From Methanobacteriota archaeon (lineage in GTDB: Archaea; Thermoplasmatota; Thermoplasmata; SG8-5; JAGLSY01): a DNA stretch of 64,000 nucleotides. This document shows positions 37,697 to 47,501 of this stretch, piece after piece. Location of the stretch: assembly GCA_020696385.1 (NCBI GenBank), contig JAEHCQ010000007.1:1-64000 (forward strand), written 5' to 3'. The stretch's first letter is position 1; each line of letters opens with the position of its first letter. Both the position numbers and the translations under genes were made by a program. The notes under the pieces are model-generated. The model was not told the DNA's origin, did no database searches, and was given only the letters and a program-made list of their open reading frames with translations.

Positions 37697-37962
37697 GATC
37701 ATCACTCCAGATTCTATGATATTCAATAGTTAAAGATAATTCATGTATATATTTACGACCCCTGTGAACGATCGGGTTCTGACCCGGATGTTCACATTCA
37801 AGGCCATAAGACCAAATTCGCGGAGTTAAAATCTCCGCGTTTAGTTGAATTATCATTTATGGTCTTACGGCATCCGACTACCACTCACATCGATCGGACT
37901 TCAAGCTTGAATGTTCACATTTAAGAACATGAAATCACATCAGGGTCCAATAGGGGATAATT

Positions 37963-39162
37963 ATGTCGGATATTTATCAAGAAAGCCTGCAGATGCACAA
38001 GGAAAAAAAAGGAAAGCTGGAAATTCGCTCCAAAGTGGAGATCAAGACAAAGCATGACCTTAGTCTGGCATACACTCCCGGAGTGGCAGAAGTATGCAGG
38101 GAGATCGCCAAGGACAAGATGAAAGCCTACGATTACACCATCAAGGGCAATACAGTGGCCATCGTGAGTGATGGATCAGCTGTTCTGGGCCTGGGAAATA
38201 TCGGAGGATACGGCGCCATTCCTGTCATGGAAGGCAAAGCCATTCTTTTCAAGGAATTCGCAGGCATTGATGCATTTCCCATTTGTTTTGAGAGCTATGA
38301 TGTGGACTTTGCCCAGGACATCAAGAATATTTCGCCAGTCTTCGGAGCGATAAACCTCGAAGACATCGCGGCTCCCAAATGCTTCGAGCTTGAGGAGAAG
38401 CTCCAGCATATCGGAATACCAGTTATGCACGATGACCAGCACGGGACTGCTGTGGTCGTGATGGCCGCACTTCTTAATGCGACCAAAATTACAGGACGAT
38501 CTCTAAAGGATATGAGATTGGTCATCAGCGGTGCTGGAGCGGCTGGCTATGCGATCATGAAATTCATTTGTAAAATGGGCGCGGATCCAGAGGATATCCT
38601 GGAGGATGTGAAAGATATCTTTGTCTGTGACAGCAAAGGCATTATCCACATTGATAGACCAGACATTCAGAATAATAAGTACAAGGTGGACATCGCGACA
38701 AGGACCAACAAAGAGGGTAGAACAGGAAGTCTGGCCGATGCTCTGAAAGGCGCGGATGTTTTCATAGGAGTCAGCGCTCCGGGCATCGTGACACAGGAAA
38801 TGGTCAGATCCATGAGTCCAGAACCGATGATATTCGGACTGGCAAATCCCGAACCCGAGATAATGCCAGACCTGGCTCATGAAGCTGGAGCCAGGATAGT
38901 GGCGACCGGCCGTAGTGACTTCCCCAATCAGATCAACAATGTACTGGCCTTCCCCGGAATATTCAGAGGAGCATTGGACGCTCACGCGACCGTGATAAAC
39001 GACCCTATGAAAATGGCGGCCTCCAGGGCACTGGCCGCTTACCTCGATGAGCCTACAGAGAGAGAGATCCTTCCCAATGTGCTTGACAAGGAAGTGACCA
39101 GGAAAGTGGCCGAGGCAGTTCGCCAGTCGGCCATTGACACAGGAGTATCTGGTAAGTACTGA
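37963..39162 (+). CDS. NAD(P)-dependent malic enzyme
   Basis: AYTPGVA, GSAVLGLGN, INLEDI, HDDQHGTA, ATGRSDFPNQINNVLAFPG. Confidence 0.94.
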   Translation: MSDIYQESLQMHKEKKGKLEIRSKVEIKTKHDLSLAYTPGVAEVCREIAKDKMKAYDYTIKGNTVAIVSDGSAVLGLGNIGGYGAIPVMEGKAILFKEFAGIDAFPICFESYDVDFAQDIKNISPVFGAINLEDIAAPKCFELEEKLQHIGIPVMHDDQHGTAVVVMAALLNATKITGRSLKDMRLVISGAGAAGYAIMKFICKMGADPEDILEDVKDIFVCDSKGIIHIDRPDIQNNKYKVDIATRTNKEGRTGSLADALKGADVFIGVSAPGIVTQEMVRSMSPEPMIFGLANPEPEIMPDLAHEAGARIVATGRSDFPNQINNVLAFPGIFRGALDAHATVINDPMKMAASRALAAYLDEPTEREILPNVLDKEVTRKVAEAVRQSAIDTGVSGKY

Positions 39163-39190
39163 GAACTATCTGGTTAGACTTCCAGATAGT

Positions 39191-40363
39191 TCACTGCAAT
39201 TGCGTGGATTCCGTGAGTTTCGTCACATTGCTGCTGGAAAAGAAACCATCGAAATCTCCAAATCTATGAATGTACTCGTTCACGATAAGAGTACTGGGTG
39301 ATGCTTTGGAGAAGGTCTGCTTGAGACCTTCATCCTCAGATCCGATCAGGCCAAGAAGGAACTCCATTCCAGTTTCTTCCAGATCCCGGAATGTCTCATC
39401 AATATTCTTTGTCTCGAAGGCCATGTGATGCGGCCTCGTTCCGTAATTGTAGATGAACTTCTCCGTTGGACCGCTGGCCTTCACTTCCGTGAATGGTGTT
39501 ATGCCGGATGTGAACACCATGGCGAACTCTCCGTCCGAAAGCCTGGCTACATTGGTGATCGAATTCATGGATTTGACATAGATCGCCATATCGAAATCAT
39601 AATTGGTCAAGCGCATGAACTCGATTATCGCCGCGTCCCGATCCACCGATCTTACTCGAGTTGCAGTGTGATCCAGCCTGCCGATATTATCCAGATGCGG
39701 AAGGTCAGGTTTCTCAAAATTCCAGGCAATGTGTTTGCACTTGCCCGTGCTGAAATTCCTCTCGCCATTCCATTGAACTATACCGACTGATATGCCGGTC
39801 AGTTCCGATGGCTGGGTCTGAATGAATGAATTATCAACATTCTCCACGATATCATCCAAAAAGCGAACACCCCGATCCTTCTGTATATCGACATAAGTCT
39901 CTATATCGGGTGTGGAAAAAACATAGGTCTCCAGCCTGGTATTCGGAAGGCTGGATGATTTCGGATTGAGATTGAATTTCCGGAAGGGGTTTTCTTTGCC
40001 CTTCCGTACTCGGACGAGAATATTTGCGGAATCAGCCACTCCTCCCAACACGCTTGTAAGATATTCCGCATCCTCGAAGCAATATTGATACTTGTAGCCA
40101 GTGTATTTCAGAAGCTCCTCGATGGCTCGATGATGATTGATGGATTCCACATTGATGATAACGGCCTCAAGACCGCCTACCAGACCATCGAGTCCGTATT
40201 CCTTCCTCTCCTTGATTATGAGAGGAACCTGGGATCGGAGAAAGTCATCACTGTTCTGGAAATTGTACGAACTCTTTACCTGGCCAGACCCACAATTCGG
40301 GCATAGGCCATTATCCGTATCTTCATGAACTGATTCGCAGGTCGCACAAATTATTTTGTTCAT
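39191..40363 (-). CDS. VOC / HPPD-like two-domain protein with N-terminal Zn ribbon
   Basis: LDHTA, PHHMAF, LKQTF, NEYIHR..FDGFF; CATC...CPNC. Confidence 0.7.
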   Translation of the reverse strand: MNKIICATCESVHEDTDNGLCPNCGSGQVKSSYNFQNSDDFLRSQVPLIIKERKEYGLDGLVGGLEAVIINVESINHHRAIEELLKYTGYKYQYCFEDAEYLTSVLGGVADSANILVRVRKGKENPFRKFNLNPKSSSLPNTRLETYVFSTPDIETYVDIQKDRGVRFLDDIVENVDNSFIQTQPSELTGISVGIVQWNGERNFSTGKCKHIAWNFEKPDLPHLDNIGRLDHTATRVRSVDRDAAIIEFMRLTNYDFDMAIYVKSMNSITNVARLSDGEFAMVFTSGITPFTEVKASGPTEKFIYNYGTRPHHMAFETKNIDETFRDLEETGMEFLLGLIGSEDEGLKQTFSKASPSTLIVNEYIHRFGDFDGFFSSSNVTKLTESTQLQ

Positions 40364-40486
40364 TTATTTCACTTCCCAAGCTGTAGGTGATGATAAACTG
40401 CATTCGGATATTTAGTTGCAACCCCTATGGATTCCTATAGCCACACAGATCAAGATAGGGGATTAACTACTGAATAATTGCATCAC

Positions 40487-43400
40487 TTAGAAGTCGATGA
40501 TAACAATTGGCAGATCGATCGAGCCTGAGGTGGAAAGTACGTATTCCACCTCATTTACGGCTCCATCATTGTCTGTGACCACCAAAGTTATGGTATGTGC
40601 TTCAAAATCCTCAAATGTATGTTCTACGAGCATCCCCGTGACTATTGAGCCATCTCCGAAGTCCCAAGCATAGGATACGATCACTCCATCAATATCATAT
40701 GAATCGGAAGCATCAAAGAAATATTGGATATTTTCTTGGAGTACATTGTCCAGACATATGGTATCTACATCAATGACAATATCCTGTTGCTTTCCCGTAC
40801 AGCTCTCGAAGTCAAAGAATAACACATCCCTGGAATCTCCAGATTCTAGTATGAGCCAAGCATTGTTCACACCCTTATGTTCAGCATCATACACTAACTT
40901 GATCTCATAGGTTCTATCAAGGTATTTGTTGAATACAATCGAATCTTTATCCGGCTGTCCAGAGGTTCTTGTGACTGGCAATTGATGAATAAGTTCTCCA
41001 TCTTCGTATATCTCCAGGGTTACTGTGTTGTCTTTTCGCCCTGCTACTTCGAGGTTGATATTTACTTCTTGATAAACCTCGATCTGTGCGACAGGTGGAG
41101 AAAGAACAACTTCGATATTGGTCTGGGAAAAGAAAGGCCAGCCTTCATCAGTAGCATTCATAATTATCAGACCCAATGGATAGATTCCGGGCATATCATA
41201 AACATGAGTTGGTCTTATGTCACTGGTCCAGGTTCCATCACCAAATGTCCAATCATAAGTTCCATTATCAGATATGTCATATCTATAGTACTCATTAAGG
41301 TCAAACTGAATAAGCGAGTCTTTCAATATTTCATATCTTCCAGATATTTTATTAAAGGAAGCTCCGCTGATGTTCCAAAGAACATCATCGAGAAGATAGG
41401 TCGTATGTCTTCCGTCTTGGTCAAGTGAAAGGTCAATAGATTGGCTACCTCTAAATGATTGTAATGTAAATGAAATATCAATTGACTGACCATTCCCATT
41501 TTCTATCCAGGCATGCAATTGATATGTTCTCAATGTATCCTGAACAAACGGTATTCTGATGTCACCATCTTGATAAGTTGAAAGATCGATGGTTTGTCCT
41601 TGTAAAATTCTCGTAATCGATATATCTATTTTTTCTTCAAGATAGACATACACAGTTCCATCTGTGACATCGGATGGAATAGTGGCAGTCATAGTCACTG
41701 GCTGTTCAATAGCTATCTCTGGCAAAGTGAAATAATGACCATCTGAGATGAATCCAAATGCCCTGTTTGCTTTTATCTGCTCAAGATATGGGAATGCCAG
41801 CTCAATACCTTCACCTGGGCTTATTGTGATATAGTCTTGATCCAGACATTGAACCTTAGAGGATATATCGGGAGCGTATGGAACCATATAGGATGAATAA
41901 GAAGGAGTGACATATCGAATATCAAGGTCAGAGCTATTACTGATATCCAGGCCAATGAAATCAATTACATGAGTTCCAGTTATTAGAAGACGAATTGGTT
42001 GGCCTGTATTTATGATGTCCTCCAGTGGAGTGATATCAATACAATCGATCACTTTATACTTCCTGGCAGGGACTGAATCAAAATCAACCCATTCACCCAG
42101 CTCATTCATGGTTTGAAGATGAATAGAGCATTTGGTACGCCGAATATCAATAGGAACATCATATGGCAATAATTCCATTATCGCATAGTGCGAGATGACA
42201 AGCTTTGCTTCATTATATTCTGGAATTGCAGGGAAGTTGATGATCAAAGTATCATTATGCTCGGCCTTGTGACGATACCCATCATCCAGTTCATCTATTA
42301 AGTCGGTTATATTACTTTCCGAATCATCCATGCACGAAATTGGGCTTAATGGAGCATTTATAGTCATGATATGCCCGTCTGGTGTCATTACCGGAGTTAT
42401 ACCGGAATCATCATAATCGACAATTGCCAGCTGTGTTCGATCCAAATAAGTTTTCTCTAACATATCTTCTTTTATCAATACTGAATAAGTATCGATGCCA
42501 GAATTACGGTGTAGGTCGCCCTGTATCATGTAATTGTCAACCACATCCAGTTCATCCCTGTGAGGATTCGTGGCCTGTGGTAGAATATTATTCTCTTCTA
42601 CGAATTGCGTGCCATCCCACACATACAGATATGGACATTCTGGGATGTCAATCTTGGCAACATTATGGACAAGGATTCCATCAGCATAGTAATTGTGATT
42701 GCCCTCTACTTCGAAGTTGTACACCGTAACAAGCTCTGGCATTTCTTCAATCGTCATTATTGATTCAGTACCAGTGAATGTGATCATTAGATCACCAACG
42801 CGCAAATCACCAGCTTCCACAGTACCTTTAGTCGTATAGACTGGATGATTCGCCGTGATCCGTAAGCGGTCGTTAATCTCTATATATCCTGCGTATTCTG
42901 TGTGAATTGTGGTATGATACACTGTTTTAGGTTCAACCTCGCCAGTCCACTCATTGTAGCTGAGCACGATATCTCCTTTGCGGATATCCTCAATATTCAC
43001 AGACCCATCTGGAGTGCTTATTGCAGTACCCGGCAAGAGACAGCCAACATCACCCCCACCAGTACTCATAGAACTGCCATCAGATAAGGCAAAATCAACC
43101 ACCATGCCACCTGGAGAAACATAAACAATTCTTGTTTGAGAAGTATAACCATCCTTCGTAGCACTAATATGATATGTTGAACCTGATGAGATAGATAAAG
43201 AATATTCTCCCGAAGGACCTGTAAGGACACTACTAGTGGCGTATCCACCACCAGAGCTGAACAATGTTGGGTCTGATGGCTGGCTCAGAGGGGTAGTAGT
43301 AATTACAGTTGCTCCCGATATTCCTATTGACGTACCTGCAATGTAAACATGACCTGAAACTGATGCAGGGGATGAAGATGACGGCGTGTATATTGAGAAA

Positions 43401-45427
43401 CTCCAGTCGGGACTACTCCAGGCTCCTTCATTACCAGCGTTATCAACTGCACATACTTTCCAGTACCATGTATCCCTAGCTAATGATGTAGGATATTGGT
43501 TATCGCTCACTAAAATGTCAATATTTAAACTACCGAAATTTGGATCGTCATCCACCCACAATCGGTAATCCCTAGGTCCGCTCAGTGTATCGGTAGCACT
43601 ACTCCACCGGAATGTGACCGGGGCGGTTGTGCCACTGGTTTGTATATCACTGGTCGGAAAGAGGCAAGTTGTTGGGGTGGATGGAGGTGTAATATCATAC
43701 CCATAAATTAGGTCACCATCTTCAATAGCAGGTGGGCTTTCTGGATTGTCAGTTAAATCAACAGCTACAGAGTCGAATTTATAATAACCATCACCCGCTG
43801 GCCAGTCAAAATCCCATTCATATGGAGGTGATAAATCAGGAGTAAATGGTGTCCAAGTTCCCCAATCGACACCATCAACAGAATAACTATAATACAATGA
43901 TACATGTTTTATCTCAGCACCAACTGGGCTAGAGGCAATACAACTGATGATTAAAGGAGAAGTTGACCTCCATTGATCATCTGAAATCGAAAGGGTGCTG
44001 GTAGGTGGAAGAGTATTGGTTGTGACTTCGTAAGTATCTGATATTTCATACCTATGCATATTCGTAATTGAATCTGATTCTTTTGTTTCTACTAATACCG
44101 TACAATAATATGTTGTATACGGATTTAGGTTTGAAATTTGGCACTGAGTAATGGTTTTATCAGAGCCACCAATATATTTCAACTCAGGGTCAATCGAAAT
44201 GGAAGTCGGAGTGAAATTAGGATCTGTTGATACATAGACCTTATATTTTTGGAAAAGATGATCCAGCGGGGTCTCTTCCCACGATAGTTGAAGTGATGTA
44301 TCTGTAATAGAGTCTGCTGAAATAATTTCAGGTTTAGGTATGGTCGGCAATGACCAAACATTATTATATTCTTGAGCTAAAGTTATTTCATAATCATAAG
44401 AAACTGTATCAACATACACACCACGATCTGACTCTAAATCAATATCTATAGAGAATAAATGATTAATGTCTGGTTCGTTATAATCCCAACTATCAATACT
44501 TAAATGTCCAACCATCCAATTTGATGTTGTAATAACACTCATATAATCATATTGGGGTGCATCATAAGTCCAAGATATGGCTGTGTTATAATCTGGATAA
44601 GTAGTTCCATCTAGCTGATTATATGAGACATAATCCTGTCCAGGGTTTGATTGGTCCACAGCATATTGAATTATATTTAGTAGGTAACCTGATGCTTTAA
44701 GACCAGTACCAACATAAGGTAAACCTCCTAAAACAGATTGAACATTTGAAAGAGAATCTTGAATTGACATAATCTGATCATGCTGAATTAAATATGGCGT
44801 TATCATCTCCTGATACCATACATTTACATCATCTTCTGTGTTGATTTCCTCTTCTATAGCAAAATCTAAATTATCACTAGGATACCAATACTTACCATAT
44901 AATGTAGAATGACCAAAGTTTAGAATATCATTATGCATATAAACATTGTTGTAATTATTAGTAGATGAATCAGATGGATTATATGGCAATTCATTCCAAT
45001 ATGGGTCATTAAAAGTTGATGATAAATCTACAGATTTTATACCTAACAAATAATAGTTGTCCCATTTCAATGGAGTATCAGGGTCAAGAATAACTCTTGT
45101 AGAGATTGTATAAAACAAATCTGCGTGATAACCACCTGCTGTACTGGACTCTGTTATTGTATAAGAAGTTGGTACGAAGGAAAAAATTACATAACCAACT
45201 GTGTGCTGAATGGGTAAGTTGTCATAAATAGGAATTATTTTAATATCACTAAAGCTTTCTATCCATTCCTGTCTTTCAAATGAATTATAACTACTCCAAT
45301 CAGTGTCATGCGGTATAATTGTATGATCTGTAATTGTGGTAGCTTTGACATTATCAGTACCAACCAATACGATTGCACTTAACATTATAATTATTACAAC
45401 ACCAGTAGTTTTTATTTTGCAAAACAT
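40487..45427 (-). CDS. Secreted multidomain protein: signal peptide, unknown N-domain, FN3/Ig-like repeats, carboxypeptidase-regulatory-like domain, Hint domain, CPYLYVWDG domain, two PKD domains
   Basis: FN3 (LQLSW..Y..NLNPYTTY); Hint CLLPGT...TANHP...VYNFEVEGNHNYYADGILVHN; PKD WTFGDG and WDFGDG. Confidence 0.85.
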   Translation of the reverse strand: MFCKIKTTGVVIIIMLSAIVLVGTDNVKATTITDHTIIPHDTDWSSYNSFERQEWIESFSDIKIIPIYDNLPIQHTVGYVIFSFVPTSYTITESSTAGGYHADLFYTISTRVILDPDTPLKWDNYYLLGIKSVDLSSTFNDPYWNELPYNPSDSSTNNYNNVYMHNDILNFGHSTLYGKYWYPSDNLDFAIEEEINTEDDVNVWYQEMITPYLIQHDQIMSIQDSLSNVQSVLGGLPYVGTGLKASGYLLNIIQYAVDQSNPGQDYVSYNQLDGTTYPDYNTAISWTYDAPQYDYMSVITTSNWMVGHLSIDSWDYNEPDINHLFSIDIDLESDRGVYVDTVSYDYEITLAQEYNNVWSLPTIPKPEIISADSITDTSLQLSWEETPLDHLFQKYKVYVSTDPNFTPTSISIDPELKYIGGSDKTITQCQISNLNPYTTYYCTVLVETKESDSITNMHRYEISDTYEVTTNTLPPTSTLSISDDQWRSTSPLIISCIASSPVGAEIKHVSLYYSYSVDGVDWGTWTPFTPDLSPPYEWDFDWPAGDGYYKFDSVAVDLTDNPESPPAIEDGDLIYGYDITPPSTPTTCLFPTSDIQTSGTTAPVTFRWSSATDTLSGPRDYRLWVDDDPNFGSLNIDILVSDNQYPTSLARDTWYWKVCAVDNAGNEGAWSSPDWSFSIYTPSSSSPASVSGHVYIAGTSIGISGATVITTTPLSQPSDPTLFSSGGGYATSSVLTGPSGEYSLSISSGSTYHISATKDGYTSQTRIVYVSPGGMVVDFALSDGSSMSTGGGDVGCLLPGTAISTPDGSVNIEDIRKGDIVLSYNEWTGEVEPKTVYHTTIHTEYAGYIEINDRLRITANHPVYTTKGTVEAGDLRVGDLMITFTGTESIMTIEEMPELVTVYNFEVEGNHNYYADGILVHNVAKIDIPECPYLYVWDGTQFVEENNILPQATNPHRDELDVVDNYMIQGDLHRNSGIDTYSVLIKEDMLEKTYLDRTQLAIVDYDDSGITPVMTPDGHIMTINAPLSPISCMDDSESNITDLIDELDDGYRHKAEHNDTLIINFPAIPEYNEAKLVISHYAIMELLPYDVPIDIRRTKCSIHLQTMNELGEWVDFDSVPARKYKVIDCIDITPLEDIINTGQPIRLLITGTHVIDFIGLDISNSSDLDIRYVTPSYSSYMVPYAPDISSKVQCLDQDYITISPGEGIELAFPYLEQIKANRAFGFISDGHYFTLPEIAIEQPVTMTATIPSDVTDGTVYVYLEEKIDISITRILQGQTIDLSTYQDGDIRIPFVQDTLRTYQLHAWIENGNGQSIDISFTLQSFRGSQSIDLSLDQDGRHTTYLLDDVLWNISGASFNKISGRYEILKDSLIQFDLNEYYRYDISDNGTYDWTFGDGTWTSDIRPTHVYDMPGIYPLGLIIMNATDEGWPFFSQTNIEVVLSPPVAQIEVYQEVNINLEVAGRKDNTVTLEIYEDGELIHQLPVTRTSGQPDKDSIVFNKYLDRTYEIKLVYDAEHKGVNNAWLILESGDSRDVLFFDFESCTGKQQDIVIDVDTICLDNVLQENIQYFFDASDSYDIDGVIVSYAWDFGDGSIVTGMLVEHTFEDFEAHTITLVVTDNDGAVNEVEYVLSTSGSIDLPIVIIDF
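42662..43042 (-). other. Hint (intein-like) domain, 127 aa, no endonuclease; +1 residue is Val
   Basis: Block A Cys1, block B TxxH, terminal His-Asn followed by GTT (Val). Confidence 0.88.
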
Positions 45428-45441
45428 ATTATTCCTCCAAA

Positions 45442-46569
45442 TTATTTTTTACGGATATAATAGCCAATAGCACCGACTCCCACCAATGAAGTTCCCCCAA
45501 TTGCAATGTACGTGAAAACTACATTAGTTGGATTTTTAATGTTATAAACATTAATAAAATTATAATTGGCTATTACTAGCTTGTTTCCTTTTGGTGCCCA
45601 CTCTAGATAAAGTAATCCTGAAGCTTTAGCTTCAAGATCAATCGATTTTTTTGTCCATTCATTAGTATTCCATATGGTAATTGGATAGACGAAAGATGAA
45701 ACTGCTAACTTAGAAGAATCACTAGACCAATCTAAATCATGGATCATATTGTTTATAACGATATCATCCACTGTGCTTAAAGTCATATTGCTATTATAAA
45801 TTAAATTCCAGGATTCTTTTGAATCAAATACTATAAATCTTCCATCACAATCCCCCCCAACAATTTTTTTTCCATCGGGTGACCAACTTAAACTTGAAAT
45901 TGGCTCATCCCAGCCTGTAAGATTGGTAATGGTTTTTTGGTTTTCAATGCTAATTATGGTGATTGTCTTATTATTGCTTATTGCTAGTAATTTTCCATCT
46001 GGAGACCAATCTAACTTTCCCCCTTCCGCTCTTAAATCAACATATTCTAAGTTATCATCCAGATAGTTCCATAAAACAAAACCATCTCCAGGAGAAGTCC
46101 AAGCAAGTAATTTATTGTCAGGCGACCATTTTATATCTGTAACTTCTCCTTTTATAGAATTATTATTACCATAATTATCATCTCGTTCCCAAATTAATGA
46201 TGAATCTGCATAATTGTGAACTTCAACGGCTACATTGCTTGTAGTTCCAACTGCTATTAATGTACCATCTGACGATATATCCATTGAAGTGACAAAATTA
46301 TTTTCCATTGAGGTTGAAATAGATTCACCCGTATCTGAATTCCATTTAATGTAGCCAGGACTATCAACGGCTAAAGAAGTAATTATTTCAGAGCTATCGA
46401 ATGACCAAGTAACATCTGTTACGACCCCTGGATACATATTGTTATAATATGACAACTTTTGATCTATTTCATAATTTGCTTCATCGTCTTCAGCGATGAC
46501 GATATTAGAAATAAATGAAACTGAAATTATTAAACAAACCAATTGCACAATTAGTCTCTGATCCCTCAT
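45442..46569 (-). CDS. WD40 beta-propeller protein with signal peptide and C-terminal membrane anchor
   Basis: Repeated WSPDG/WSSDS blades; N-terminal hydrophobic segment; C-terminal TM followed by RKK. Confidence 0.85.
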   Translation of the reverse strand: MRDQRLIVQLVCLIISVSFISNIVIAEDDEANYEIDQKLSYYNNMYPGVVTDVTWSFDSSEIITSLAVDSPGYIKWNSDTGESISTSMENNFVTSMDISSDGTLIAVGTTSNVAVEVHNYADSSLIWERDDNYGNNNSIKGEVTDIKWSPDNKLLAWTSPGDGFVLWNYLDDNLEYVDLRAEGGKLDWSPDGKLLAISNNKTITIISIENQKTITNLTGWDEPISSLSWSPDGKKIVGGDCDGRFIVFDSKESWNLIYNSNMTLSTVDDIVINNMIHDLDWSSDSSKLAVSSFVYPITIWNTNEWTKKSIDLEAKASGLLYLEWAPKGNKLVIANYNFINVYNIKNPTNVVFTYIAIGGTSLVGVGAIGYYIRKK

Positions 46570-46835
46570 TTATTCACCTCTCACTCTTATGTAGGTGCAA
46601 TATTACAATAGTTATAAGTGTTATGCTATTAAATTCCAGCATGTTAAAAAGTAATATGCCGATCTTGACTTTATTGGCTTAACATCAATTATTTCATGAT
46701 AGATTGTTATATTTTGAGACGATTTACTTGGTATTCGGGCTTATCTAAATGAGGAGATCAAAAGCTAAAAGAAGATTATATAAAATATAAATTCAGTATC
46801 CAAGATGAACTATACAGAATCTGCTCGCTCGGGTT

Positions 46836-47453
46836 CTAATCCTCTTTAAAGCGCTTGAGTCTGAACACATTCTCACGCTCTAATTCCTCTAATCTCATCA
46901 TGATCATATTTTCCGCAGTCTTCAACTCCGGAATAACCTTGTATTCCAGCGCATTAACCCTCCTCTTGGTTCCAGATATTTCCTCCAAGAGCTTCTTCAG
47001 CGTTGTTTCTATCTCGGCTGCTCTGACAATTTCCTCCACCAGTTCCTCGTAAGCTTCAGCTGCTTCATCTATCCTGGTAGATGTGCCGATCAGACCATAA
47101 CCCCGCTCGTCAATTCGTTTTCTGACCTTCTCACCCTTGATCTTCGGAACAACAACTCCCATCACGTTCTTCGTGTAAAGGGAGATGGTGGGGACCTCGG
47201 CGGCTGCAAACGCCGCCGATCTTACACCCATCTCACCCTCAACAGCCTCGGCGATGGCCATCTTCTGCTCCGCGTTCGTGCATTTGTACATGATGCTTCC
47301 ACGGACCTTCTTGGCCTCGTCCAGTATTTCGAAGAATTCCAGAATTAGCCCATCTCTCTTTTTCTTGAGAAGGTCGTATCCTTTCTCAGAGAACTTGATA
47401 CGCTTCTTCACATCGAGCAATTCGGATCGTGTTGGTTTGAATTCCCTGGCCAT
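46836..47453 (-). CDS. atpD: A-type ATP synthase subunit D
   Basis: PTRSEL, LLKKKRDGL, TKRRVNALE. Confidence 0.95.
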   Translation of the reverse strand: MAREFKPTRSELLDVKKRIKFSEKGYDLLKKKRDGLILEFFEILDEAKKVRGSIMYKCTNAEQKMAIAEAVEGEMGVRSAAFAAAEVPTISLYTKNVMGVVVPKIKGEKVRKRIDERGYGLIGTSTRIDEAAEAYEELVEEIVRAAEIETTLKKLLEEISGTKRRVNALEYKVIPELKTAENMIMMRLEELERENVFRLKRFKED

Positions 47454-47501
47454 GTGTTGTTTCCTCTTTGATTTATTTATTTGATCATGTCATTTCAATT
47501 A

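Noticed and set aside
34899-37775. Shared TATATA...CCCTGTGAA motif near 34900 and 37750, upstream of ferredoxin and redoxin
   Set aside because: Only a 9-bp match beside TATA-like sequence; too weak to call an operator.
42662-43042. Canonical mobile intein
   Set aside because: No endonuclease, +1 residue is Val, and the host is an extracellular protein rather than a conserved enzyme.
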